This document shows, piece by piece, positions 1-9,456 of a stretch of DNA of 64,000 nt. This DNA is from Bacteroidota bacterium (GTDB taxonomy: Bacteria; Bacteroidota; Bacteroidia; NS11-12g; UBA9320): assembly GCA_947468275.1 (NCBI GenBank), contig CANIKO010000002.1:105363-169362 (forward strand), read 5' to 3'. Made by a program: the position numbers and the translations under genes. Under the pieces are notes generated by a model. The model was not told the DNA's origin and searched no databases. It worked only from the letters and a program-made list of their open reading frames with translations. The stretch's first letter is position 1, and each line of letters opens with the position of its first letter.

Positions 1-492
1 ATTTTTTTTGCCTGCTGAAACACTGTCGGAACAAACAACAACTGCCGCTTTTAAATCACTTCGGTAATGATCTTTAAAATCGGATTTTCCTCCTTTTTTT
101 TCTAATAATTTAATGGAATGAATTTCAATTCCTTTATCAATCGGTTTTAGCATATCATACATTGTAAGGGCTATAACCGATGCTCCGTGCATAGCCTCCA
201 CCTCTACTCCCGTTTTATAAACTGTTTGCACTTCTATTTCGATTTTAATTTCCAACCCATCAATATGGTACCTAACTGCCGTATATTCAATAGGCAAAGG
301 ATGGCAATCCGGAATCATATCACTCGTCCGCTTTACGGCAAAAAGCCCAGCAGTTTTTGCCATTTCAAAAACATCTCCTTTAGGAACAGTTTTATTTACC
401 AAAGCTTCTATAGTTTCACTTTTGCTCAACTTGACAATAGCTTGGGCTATTGCTATGCGATGTGTATTGGATTTAAATGTAATATCTACCAT
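1..492 (-). CDS. moaC: Cyclic pyranopterin monophosphate synthase MoaC fused to a MogA/MoaB-like molybdopterin-binding domain (C-terminal part runs off the window)
   Basis: Reverse-strand translation from ATG at 490-492: MVDITFKSNTHRIAIAQAIV...GVEVEAMHGASVIALTMYDMLKPIDKG...KGGKSDFK (MoaC core). It is followed by AVVVCSDSVSAGKK, which is like the start of a MogA/MoaB domain. It lies downstream of moaE in the same operon. Confidence 0.7.
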   Translation of the reverse strand, partial: MVDITFKSNTHRIAIAQAIVKLSKSETIEALVNKTVPKGDVFEMAKTAGLFAVKRTSDMIPDCHPLPIEYTAVRYHIDGLEIKIEIEVQTVYKTGVEVEAMHGASVIALTMYDMLKPIDKGIEIHSIKLLEKKGGKSDFKDHYRSDLKAAVVVCSDSVSAGKKN

Positions 493-501
493 TTTTTAAA
501 T

Positions 502-945
502 TCATTTATTCTCCTTCCAAACGGAAGATTCATCTTCAAAAATTTCTTTTCCCCAAATTGGTACCTGCAATTTCACTTGTTCAACTATCTCTTGGCAGGC
601 ATCGAAGGCATCCTTGCGATGTGTGGAAGAAACAAAAACAAACAAACATATTTCACCTACTTTCACTATTCCAAGACTATGATAAATGTGCAAACACACT
701 AAATTATACTTAGCAAAAGCAGCTTCACGTATTTCATAAAATTTTTGTTCAGCCATTTCTTGATAAGCCGAATATTCTATAGCCATAACGAATTTATCCT
801 CAATTAAATCACTTCGTACTTGTCCTAAAAAAATATCATGGGCTCCAATATTAGTTTTTCGGCTATGCGCAGCAATACTGTCAGCAATAAAGTTTGCAGT
901 TATCGCACCTACTTTAAAAACCGTTCGTTTCTTTTTATCAATCAT
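502..945 (-). CDS. moaE: Molybdopterin synthase catalytic subunit MoaE
   Basis: 147 aa with MoaE-like motifs (FLGQVRSD..., HRKDAFDACQEIVEQVKLQVPIWGKE); sits in the Moco operon. Confidence 0.8.
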   Translation of the reverse strand: MIDKKKRTVFKVGAITANFIADSIAAHSRKTNIGAHDIFLGQVRSDLIEDKFVMAIEYSAYQEMAEQKFYEIREAAFAKYNLVCLHIYHSLGIVKVGEICLFVFVSSTHRKDAFDACQEIVEQVKLQVPIWGKEIFEDESSVWKENK

Positions 946-947
946 AA

Positions 948-2069
948 TCAGTTAATTTTTCGTGTATTCTTCTTTTTCCATTCTTCAATTCCGCCTTTTA
1001 AACTATATGAAATACAATTTGGCCTTATTTTATTTATTGTATTTAAAGCTTTAAAACTTCGAGCACCAGAGTTACAAAAAACGACAATTTTATTTTCAAA
1101 TGAAATTTGTGAAATGCAGGTTTCAATTTCACTTAGTGGTATATTTATATGTGAAAATTCATCAATGTAAGGCAATTCATCTTTCTCTCGAATATCAATA
1201 ATGGTAACCTTTTCATTGGTTCTTAAGGTATCAAATTCATCTATAGAAATTTGAATACCAATTGAATTACAAAACCAATCATAATTAAAGTTTAAAATTT
1301 CTAATTCAGTTGTTGGAAATAGTTTTGTCGAAATATTCGAAGGCATTACTTCAAAATCATAAAACAAATTATTTAAAGCATTATATGAAATAATTTTATT
1401 GCACAGTGGTTGGCCGATACCGGTTATAATTTTAATCGCCTCTAAGGCTTGCATTGTTCCGATAATACCTGGTAATACCCCAATTACTCCAATTTCATTA
1501 CAAGAAATAGTTAACGAAGAATTCGGTGGTTCGGGAAATAAATCCCTATAATTAGTTTTATATTTAGTTAAATTATCTTCCATATTAAATACCCCCACTT
1601 GACCTTCAAAACGCAACACGGCTCCATATACCAATGGTTTATCAAGTAGGACGCAAGTATCATTTACGAGGTATCGTGTGGCAAAATTATCGGAACCATC
1701 TAATACTAAATCATACCCTGAAATTAATTCCAAAGCATTTTTATTCGTGAGCTGTAAATTGAATGAATGAATTTGAATTTCAGGATTTAAAGCATTTAGT
1801 TTTTGGGCCGCTGCCAAAGCCTTAAATTCACCAATATCCTCCATTGAATAAATAACCTGGCGATGCAGATTTGTTAAATCTACCACATCAAAATCAACAA
1901 TTCCAATATTACCAACCCCTGCTGCTACAAGGTATTGAAGGGCTGGGCACCCCAAACCGCCAGCACCAATTACCAAAACTTTAGCGCTTAACAATTTTTC
2001 TTGGGCAGCTTCACCAAATTCATCTAACAAAATTTGTCTAGCGTATCGTTCCTTATTTCCCATTATCAA
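948..2069 (-). CDS. moeB: Molybdopterin-synthase adenylyltransferase MoeB/MoeZ (ThiF domain plus C-terminal rhodanese)
   Basis: VLVIGAGGLGCPALQYLVAAGVGNIGIVDFDVVDLTNLHRQ is the canonical E1/ThiF nucleotide-binding motif. The C-terminal ~100 aa carry a rhodanese-like Cys (VVFCNSGARS). Confidence 0.8.
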   Translation of the reverse strand: MIMGNKERYARQILLDEFGEAAQEKLLSAKVLVIGAGGLGCPALQYLVAAGVGNIGIVDFDVVDLTNLHRQVIYSMEDIGEFKALAAAQKLNALNPEIQIHSFNLQLTNKNALELISGYDLVLDGSDNFATRYLVNDTCVLLDKPLVYGAVLRFEGQVGVFNMEDNLTKYKTNYRDLFPEPPNSSLTISCNEIGVIGVLPGIIGTMQALEAIKIITGIGQPLCNKIISYNALNNLFYDFEVMPSNISTKLFPTTELEILNFNYDWFCNSIGIQISIDEFDTLRTNEKVTIIDIREKDELPYIDEFSHINIPLSEIETCISQISFENKIVVFCNSGARSFKALNTINKIRPNCISYSLKGGIEEWKKKNTRKIN

Positions 2070-2080
2070 ATCATCTTTTA

Positions 2081-2320
2081 TTATCCGCCAGAAAACGCTG
2101 GCAGTAAAGCCACTATATCCTCATTATTCAAAATTGTATTTCCATGCACAATCTTTTTATTTACTGCCATTGAAAATTTAAATTCACTTAATAGAGGAAA
2201 CCGTTCCATAATTTTTTGAGTTAATTGCTCCGTGTTATCCACTTCATTTATTGTAAACTGAGCTACTTTAGTCATATCATAAAGTTGTCCAAAGACGATT
2301 ATATTAATTTTCATTTTCAA
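2081..2320 (-). CDS. moaD: Molybdopterin synthase sulfur-carrier subunit MoaD (beta-grasp, C-terminal GG)
   Basis: 79 aa ending ...LLPAFSGG; lies between moeB and moeA. Confidence 0.7.
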   Translation of the reverse strand: MKMKINIIVFGQLYDMTKVAQFTINEVDNTEQLTQKIMERFPLLSEFKFSMAVNKKIVHGNTILNNEDIVALLPAFSGG

Positions 2321-2324
2321 ATTT

Positions 2325-3059
2325 TTAAGTAAAAAATAACTTACATGATGCCATAATTAAAACCACTGCTAATATTTTATTTAATAATGTATTTTCAAAT
2401 TTTCTTGCCCCGTAATAAGAGCCAGCGAGACCTCCAATAAAAGCAATCACTACCATTATACCCATTTCGTTTTTATATTCAAATCCTTTGACTAAAAGTC
2501 CGGCAAGACCTGAAACTGAATTAACAAAAATAAACAAAGCTGAAAGAGCAGCGGTTTGTTTCATATTAGCCCAATGTAATATTAAAACCAATGGACTTAG
2601 AATGATTCCACCTCCTATTCCAATCATACCCGAAAACAAGCCAATAATGGCTCCGATTAGCAACGACAACAGGGTATTTTGTTCTTTTAATGATTCTTTA
2701 GTTTTAAATCTCATTCCAAGAAGTTTTACAACCGAAAAAAGCAATAAAATTGCCAATACTTTTTTATAAATACCTGCATCCACGGTTATCAATCCTCCCA
2801 AAAAAGCTGCAGGTATGGAGGTTACGGCAAAAGGCCAAAACATATTCCATTTAAAATAGCCTGAGCGTTGATATTGAAAAAAAGCAATGAATGAAACAAA
2901 AAGATTTAATAATAATGCAGTGGGTCGCATTGTTTCTGCAGCAAATGAAAATAAAGCCATCAATGCCAGATAACCACTTGCACCGCCATGACCAACGGCT
3001 GAATATAAAAAAGCGACCATTAGGAGTAAAAAATAAAATAAAATTAGGGGAGCTTCCAT
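2325..3059 (-). CDS. TauE/SafE (DUF81) family anion-exporter-like permease
   Basis: 244 aa polytopic membrane protein with two similar halves and Gly-rich helices (GGASGYLALMALF...; IGIGGGIILSPLVLIL), typical of TauE/SafE. Confidence 0.65.
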   Translation of the reverse strand: MEAPLILFYFLLLMVAFLYSAVGHGGASGYLALMALFSFAAETMRPTALLLNLFVSFIAFFQYQRSGYFKWNMFWPFAVTSIPAAFLGGLITVDAGIYKKVLAILLLFSVVKLLGMRFKTKESLKEQNTLLSLLIGAIIGLFSGMIGIGGGIILSPLVLILHWANMKQTAALSALFIFVNSVSGLAGLLVKGFEYKNEMGIMVVIAFIGGLAGSYYGARKFENTLLNKILAVVLIMASCKLFFT

Positions 3060-3063
3060 GTTT

Positions 3064-4251
3064 TTATTTTTTTAATAAATGAACCTCGACTAAATCACCT
3101 TGTCTAAAATCCATTCTATCTTCATCCAATTGAATAATACAATCTGCAAAAGCAAAAGAACTCATTTGGTAGGATTCCTGAGCATTTAAAGGTGTTACAC
3201 CGTTTCCCTCTATTTTCCCTTTAATAAAAAAAGTTAAGCCTGCCTTTTTAACAAATGGAGTTTCCAATGGAAGGAAAATTTTTATTGTAGAATCCACATC
3301 AAATCCCATCATTTTCATTATTGAAGGAACAACGTACTCGTAATAACAAGTTAAGGTTGCCGCCGGGTTTCCAGGCAAGCCAAAAATTAAAGTAGAGTTA
3401 ACCTTTCCAAAATAAAGTGGTTTTCCTGGCTTTTGCTTTACTTTGTGAAAAAGACATCGTGCACCGGAATTATTAAGTGCTTTAGCCACAAAATCATAAT
3501 CACCTACCGACACACCTCCTGAAATAAGGAGTATATCACATTTAGAAAGATTGCTTTTAATAGAATCCGTTATTCCTTGTTCGTCATCGTCAATACAGAT
3601 GATGTTTTGTGGCTCAATATTCAATTCACTTAAGGCAGCATTTAAACTGTAGGAGTTACTTTCATATACTTTTCCTGGCACCAATGATTGGCCGGGTTTT
3701 ATTAATTCTTTTCCTGTATTAATAATACAAACTTTTGGAACATTAAATACCTTCACTTTATCAAAACCCAAACCAGCTAAAAATCCGGAGGCTCCAGGTC
3801 TAATTATAGTCCCCGCCTTTAAAGCCAAACCCCCTTTAGCAGTTTGAGAACCTTTTAGTCGAATATTCAAACCCTTTTTTAGATGTTCATCATTTATATA
3901 AAGTTGATTTGAATTCACTGTGACTTTTTCCTGTATTACCACCGTATCGCATCCTTCAGGAATTTGAGAACCAGTAAAAATCCTAATTGCAGAATTTGGT
4001 AAAAGTTGGTGGGGAGGAAAAACACCTGCAGGAATTTCACCAACAATTGAAAGACTTTTATTTTCATTTAAATCTTCAAATCTTAAACCATAACCATCCA
4101 TGGCAGACTGATTAAAGGATGGAACATCTATCGTTGCAAACACATCTTCAGCTATCACCAAACCCGTTGCATCATATAATGGTATTATATGTGTACCTAA
4201 CAAATCTGTATTTTCTAATACTATTTTTTTTGCCTCTGAAACTGAAATCAT
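3064..4251 (-). CDS. moeA: Molybdopterin molybdenumtransferase MoeA
   Basis: 395 aa with the MoeA/gephyrin-E domain pattern (GDYDFV, SGGVSVGDYD, LPGNPAA). Confidence 0.85.
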   Translation of the reverse strand: MISVSEAKKIVLENTDLLGTHIIPLYDATGLVIAEDVFATIDVPSFNQSAMDGYGLRFEDLNENKSLSIVGEIPAGVFPPHQLLPNSAIRIFTGSQIPEGCDTVVIQEKVTVNSNQLYINDEHLKKGLNIRLKGSQTAKGGLALKAGTIIRPGASGFLAGLGFDKVKVFNVPKVCIINTGKELIKPGQSLVPGKVYESNSYSLNAALSELNIEPQNIICIDDDEQGITDSIKSNLSKCDILLISGGVSVGDYDFVAKALNNSGARCLFHKVKQKPGKPLYFGKVNSTLIFGLPGNPAATLTCYYEYVVPSIMKMMGFDVDSTIKIFLPLETPFVKKAGLTFFIKGKIEGNGVTPLNAQESYQMSSFAFADCIIQLDEDRMDFRQGDLVEVHLLKK

Positions 4252-4395
4252 CTAGTTAGTTTAGAAATGATGTATTGCCAAGATATGATAGTCTCTTTGA
4301 GTTGGATAAGTTCATTTTTACGATGCAAAGTACACTATTATTCATGTTCTTTTTTTGTAAAATTGAAAAATATTTTTGAAAAGGATATTAAAATA

Positions 4396-4428
4396 AAAAG
4401 GCCTTTTGCTAATGCAAAAGGCCTTTTT
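4396..4428. terminator. Bidirectional rho-independent terminator
   Basis: ggccttttgc-taat-gcaaaaggcc perfect hairpin flanked by A-run and T-run on both strands; sits just downstream of the minus-strand gene 4446..6149. Confidence 0.6.
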
Positions 4429-4445
4429 AAAATTTGAGAATTAAA

Positions 4446-6149
4446 TTATTTTATTATCAATTTTTCTACAGCAATACCTTGATCTGTTGCAACACTCATA
4501 ATATATAAGCCTTGTTTTAGATTTAAGGATGAAATGGTATAGTTTGAATTATTAACAAGTGATTGAAAAACTACTTTACCGGAAATATCAGTTATTGAAA
4601 CTGAATTTATCATTTCTTTATAGCTAATAGTTACACTATTTGCAGCAGGGTTAGGATAAATACTTACACCAGTTACTTTCGCTGATTTTACAGCTAAGTC
4701 ACTCGCAGAAATAAGTCCCATAGCAAGCGCTATACGTGGAGTCATATAACCATGAATGGTATCCTGATATAATTTTGATTTAGCCTTGCTCATATCTGTA
4801 TTGCTCGTTAATGAATTCTTGTGTGCAGTAAATCCAGCAGGTGCTCCTAATGGTTGGGCAAGTGCTTCTTTAGAATTTGGATCCCACCATTGGTAAGGTG
4901 AAGCTTGGTTATCATATTCTTTAGCGGCAACAGGTAATAAAAATGGGTACATACCTTCTCCATTTCGTATTGTAATCTTATCCGTAGCAAGTGGAATATA
5001 ATCAACTGTTCTGTTATATAAAGAACGCGCTTTTATAGTATAAGGATCTTTACTAGGTATAGCAGCAAAAAGTGCATTATTTCCAAGACGCTGAGCTCTA
5101 GCAATGGCATTATTAGCACCATCCACATCCACCACAGTTTGCAGAGATGAAGGCACAACGACTAATCCGTAACCAAATGGAGCAAATGGATCACGTACAC
5201 ACTGCATGGAAATAACAGGTGCATCACCGGCCTCTAACCATGTGGTATCGGCTAATGCGCCACCTAAAGTACCTACTGCTTTAATTTTTGTACCTTGTGC
5301 TCTTTTGCCCAAGTAGCCATATAAATTAAATTTCCCTCTTGAACCATCTATCCATCCAAAATTAGCAGTATCTATATAACCTTTAAATTTTGGTAAATCC
5401 ATAAACTCAGGATATTTATCGCATGAATTATAGGCCTGTGCAATGTATGAGCCAGTACCTTCACCCACTAGGGCAATATTTGAACTATCCAAATTATAAG
5501 TATTAGCCATACTTTTAACTACTCTTACGGCTTCTTTTACATCATGCATTGAACGGTATACAGCATTAAGCAAAGTGCCTCTTCTTCCATCAAGTGTAGT
5601 AGCAACTGGATTCCAACCTAAGCGATAATCAATTGCTATTGCTACAAACCCACGTCTGGCAAATCCTCTACATAAATCTCTAACTATACTATCCGATTTA
5701 TCACCGCAAGGACTACCGTTATAGGCTCCTGGAGGTAAAAAATTACCAGTATGTAAATAAATTATAACGGGTCTTTTAGGTCCTCCCGTTTCATCAGGCA
5801 TATAGGCATCCATTGTCAAGGTTGTTACCTTTAAATAAGTTGAATCTCCTGACCCAACACCTCTAGGATATCTATATTTCATTGGAATTTCAGATGTTTT
5901 ACCCGTCTTAACTTTAGCAATTAGAAATGGTAATTCAACACCGAACATAATAGGAGCTTTTGCAGGGTCAGTTGCATCCGTTGCAAAAGTTGTCATATAA
6001 AGCCAGTTTAAATTAGTAGCATAAGGAATCCCCTTAGCTTCGACAAGTTTGGTAAATACTTCGTTTTTGTAACGAAGCGGCGTTTGTGCTGAAGCATTAT
6101 ATGCCAAGCATCCTGCCAAGAAAATTAATGTAAGTGTAATTTTTTTCAT
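4446..6149 (-). CDS. Secreted alpha/beta-hydrolase-fold (esterase/lipase-like) protein with T9SS C-terminal sorting domain
   Basis: Signal peptide ...NASAQ; VIIYLHTGNF (HGG-like oxyanion motif); C-terminal ~80 aa beta-sandwich tail (SIYPNPAANSVTISY...GLYIMSV) typical of T9SS cargo. The nucleophile elbow is atypical (VGEGTGSY). Confidence 0.5.
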   Translation of the reverse strand: MKKITLTLIFLAGCLAYNASAQTPLRYKNEVFTKLVEAKGIPYATNLNWLYMTTFATDATDPAKAPIMFGVELPFLIAKVKTGKTSEIPMKYRYPRGVGSGDSTYLKVTTLTMDAYMPDETGGPKRPVIIYLHTGNFLPPGAYNGSPCGDKSDSIVRDLCRGFARRGFVAIAIDYRLGWNPVATTLDGRRGTLLNAVYRSMHDVKEAVRVVKSMANTYNLDSSNIALVGEGTGSYIAQAYNSCDKYPEFMDLPKFKGYIDTANFGWIDGSRGKFNLYGYLGKRAQGTKIKAVGTLGGALADTTWLEAGDAPVISMQCVRDPFAPFGYGLVVVPSSLQTVVDVDGANNAIARAQRLGNNALFAAIPSKDPYTIKARSLYNRTVDYIPLATDKITIRNGEGMYPFLLPVAAKEYDNQASPYQWWDPNSKEALAQPLGAPAGFTAHKNSLTSNTDMSKAKSKLYQDTIHGYMTPRIALAMGLISASDLAVKSAKVTGVSIYPNPAANSVTISYKEMINSVSITDISGKVVFQSLVNNSNYTISSLNLKQGLYIMSVATDQGIAVEKLIIK

Positions 6150-6439
6150 TTTTATTTATTTATTATTTGGACAAAAATAGGTTTTAATTAAACATTTCAT
6201 AATAATTTTTAAATTTTTCATTCTCAATTTTTTTCATAATAATTAACCAATAATCATAACAATCGGAATTTATGGGAAATTCTTTAAAAAAAAAGAATTC
6301 GAATTCAATAAAAACTAAACTCAGAAAGGAGAAATCATTACTTTAATCTTTAATTTATTATCATAAAAATATAGCCAATTCTTATATTTCCGATTAAAAG
6401 ATGGCAATTAAAATAAAAATTCAGAAAGTAATAACTGTA

Positions 6440-9238
6440 TTATTTTTCAGGTATCTCAAAAAGCAAAGAAATATAGGCCAATCTTCCAACATTTGGCCCA
6501 CCGTATACCTGTGAATTTCGATTGTTAAACATCGTTTTTAGCTTATTTTCATCGTTGTTTCTAAATAATGGGGCAAATCCCATTAGGTTAGAACCTCCGA
6601 TTTTAACTGTTAAATATTGTTTAGGAAATACATAATTTACTTGCGCATCCAACATATCATAACTTGGTATAAATCCTGTAAATTGAGGCGATCCAGTAAA
6701 CTGAAAACTTTGAATCCATTTATAACTTATTCCAAAACCTAATCGTTTTTTATCAGTAAATGGCAAACGGCATTCCCTTCCTGAAAACCCTATATTGAAT
6801 TTATGTTTTGGGGTATTAAACGCTGGAACAATGGGGTCGTCAGTACTGCGAAGATTGATGGTATTAAAAGAATAATTACCAGTAAAACTGTATTTTTTAA
6901 AAAAATAACTGTAGCCGATGTTCATACCAGTAGTATTTACCTTATCCTTTGAATTTGCTGCTATTCGATAGGCTTGGATTGGACCACTGGGGAATCCGGT
7001 ACCTAGGTCAAATCTTCCTACTAACCCAACATTGTAGCCAATAAAACTAGTATATATACTATAGTAATATCCAAAATCAATAAATAATGATTTACTTAAT
7101 TCTGCTTTATATCCACAATCAATTGTTAAAACTTTTTCTGGCTCAATGGGTGCCACTTTTTGATAAACCAACAATCGAGGATCTAAGGTATTACGCCATT
7201 TATCAAATGACGCTAGTGTAATAAGTGAATCAAATCCTTGTAAATTTCCAACAAGAATTGCTCTTCCTACATTATAATAAAGATATTGATCCGCTAAAGT
7301 TGGATTTCTAATAGCACGAGATACAGTAACTCTGAATGTATTTTCCTTGTTTGGCAAATACAATACTGAGGCGGCTGGTGATAATAAAAATTTAAAATTC
7401 TGATTTTTATCTAATCGTGCAGTAAAATTAAATTTCCAATGATTATTATCAGATTTTTTATCATACCCTGAATATATTCCAAATTCATAATTTTTTATAA
7501 CAACCCCACCTGTATCTTTAAAAATTGTCCCTCGTGTTTCAGGTCTATAAAGCCGTCCACTGGCTCCTGTTATTATGTCGCCCCATTTATGGGTAAACTT
7601 ATATTGAGCCTGCATATTATAAAGAGCCGACTTATCATAAAAACGGGTTCCTTGGTCTGTAAAATTTCTAGAAGTAATATCCTTTTTCAAAGAGTCAAAC
7701 CGATTGGTGCCCACTTCATAGTTCCCATTTAGATAATTTGTAATACCAAGATTAGCAGCATGCCATCGCGATATAGAGTCATTATGTAAATTGAGGAAAT
7801 AATCTAAACTGTCTTTTACCCAAGTGGTGTCAAACCCACGATAGCCTGGAAGGCTAGCAGCTTTACCCATAAATTTTTGTCTCCAATTTTTTGCATAGGA
7901 TTTATACCAAAAACCTTCATCTTGGGCATTATTATTTAAACGCATGGCCGTAAATACAGCATCATACGAATCACCGGCATCTTCTTTGGTTGAATAAACC
8001 CTTATATAAAATTTATCCTTTTGGCGCCATTCCAATTTGTTTTGCCAAAATCGTATATTTTTCAAACTATACCTATTATCCCCTTGATAAACTGTGGAAC
8101 CTCCTCCCATGTTAAACGCATAAATCAACTCGGTTTTAGGAGTTATTTTATAATGAACCGCTGCATTAAATTTATTATTATTGGTATGGTAATCTACAAT
8201 GTCTTTCTCTTTGTATCCGCCTCTATAAAAATTACCCAATCCCAAGTATTCTGTCTTTAATTTTCCAACTGAATATTGGTCATTTCCTGGGGCCAGAACC
8301 TCATCACCATAAATATTTATGGCATCATACCGTCCTGGGTTGCCCAATCCTTGTTTCGAATCACTGGAAGGGTTATAGTTGGTGGCTTCCCAATCATAAG
8401 CACTCATTGAAAATAAACAAACTTTATAGGCCAAATATTCCTTTCCTTTTTTATTTTTAATTACCTGAGCTAATCTAAAACTAACTTCTCTTAATTGGCG
8501 TTCTCCCATTTTGGTGGATACTGTAAGTCCGCGGCTATCAAAAGGATTTTTAGACTCCATGCTTATTACCCCGTTAAAAGCATTCGGTCCAAAAAAGGCA
8601 GAACTTGCCCCTGAAACTATATCAACCTTGGAAAGGTCAAGTTCATTGGCACCTAAAAAATTCCCTAATGAAAAATTCAATCCCGGCGATTGATTGTCAA
8701 CGCCATCAATCAGTTGTAAACTGCGTACGGGACTGGTACTATTAAATCCTCGGGTATTTACAACTCTAAACCCTAAGCTGGCAGCTGTTATATCTACACC
8801 TTTCATATTTCCCAAGCCCTCATAAAAGGTGCTTTGGGCCGTTTCCTTAATTTGCTTACTGCCCATTGATTCCACCGTTATAGGTGATTCCTTTTCCTTT
8901 TCAGTTATACGGCTCGATTTTACTTCTATTTCGGTAAAATCCATTTCCTTCTCCTTCAATCCAATTTTTAAAGGTTTCTCAGGAACCTTTGTCAAACGAA
9001 CATCCTTTGTTTCATAACCAATATAAAAGAATTGAAGCGTTAACGGAAAAGATTTAACATTTAACGTAAAAGTGCCATCACCTTCAGAGGCAGTGGCTAA
9101 ATTAGTCCCCTTTACTTTTACTGTGGCGCCTGGCAACCCTTCACCACTAATTACATCAGTAATTTTACCAATAACTATCTGCGAAAAACAGAATGAACTA
9201 TAAAAAAATAATATGGAATAGATTAAAAGTCTTTTCAT
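6440..9238 (-). CDS. TonB-dependent outer-membrane receptor with N-terminal carboxypeptidase-regulatory-like domain
   Basis: 932 aa; N-terminal VIGKITDVISGEGLPGATVKVKG (CarbopepD_reg-like), a plug region, a long beta-barrel and a terminal aromatic residue. No SusD partner is adjacent. Confidence 0.8.
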   Translation of the reverse strand: MKRLLIYSILFFYSSFCFSQIVIGKITDVISGEGLPGATVKVKGTNLATASEGDGTFTLNVKSFPLTLQFFYIGYETKDVRLTKVPEKPLKIGLKEKEMDFTEIEVKSSRITEKEKESPITVESMGSKQIKETAQSTFYEGLGNMKGVDITAASLGFRVVNTRGFNSTSPVRSLQLIDGVDNQSPGLNFSLGNFLGANELDLSKVDIVSGASSAFFGPNAFNGVISMESKNPFDSRGLTVSTKMGERQLREVSFRLAQVIKNKKGKEYLAYKVCLFSMSAYDWEATNYNPSSDSKQGLGNPGRYDAINIYGDEVLAPGNDQYSVGKLKTEYLGLGNFYRGGYKEKDIVDYHTNNNKFNAAVHYKITPKTELIYAFNMGGGSTVYQGDNRYSLKNIRFWQNKLEWRQKDKFYIRVYSTKEDAGDSYDAVFTAMRLNNNAQDEGFWYKSYAKNWRQKFMGKAASLPGYRGFDTTWVKDSLDYFLNLHNDSISRWHAANLGITNYLNGNYEVGTNRFDSLKKDITSRNFTDQGTRFYDKSALYNMQAQYKFTHKWGDIITGASGRLYRPETRGTIFKDTGGVVIKNYEFGIYSGYDKKSDNNHWKFNFTARLDKNQNFKFLLSPAASVLYLPNKENTFRVTVSRAIRNPTLADQYLYYNVGRAILVGNLQGFDSLITLASFDKWRNTLDPRLLVYQKVAPIEPEKVLTIDCGYKAELSKSLFIDFGYYYSIYTSFIGYNVGLVGRFDLGTGFPSGPIQAYRIAANSKDKVNTTGMNIGYSYFFKKYSFTGNYSFNTINLRSTDDPIVPAFNTPKHKFNIGFSGRECRLPFTDKKRLGFGISYKWIQSFQFTGSPQFTGFIPSYDMLDAQVNYVFPKQYLTVKIGGSNLMGFAPLFRNNDENKLKTMFNNRNSQVYGGPNVGRLAYISLLFEIPEK

Positions 9239-9456
9239 CGGTTAAAATGAGTTTCCAAACGTAAGCATTAAAAATTATTAGACAATAGAATTGGTTTTTA
9301 TTTTATAAAAAGGTTTACTCAATTAAATTATTTCAAAAAAATAAAATTAAAAATTGAATTTTCAAAAGATGGATAAAGCCTTTTTATTTCAATCAAAATA
9401 GAAATTGAAATATCTTGAATTATCGAGAGGTCTTTTTATTCCAAATTTTTGAAGTT

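Noticed and set aside
187-702. 171-aa plus-strand ORF
   Set aside because: It lies antisense across moaC and moaE, which have strong family signatures. Its composition is low-complexity F/Y/N-rich, typical of an AT-rich shadow ORF.
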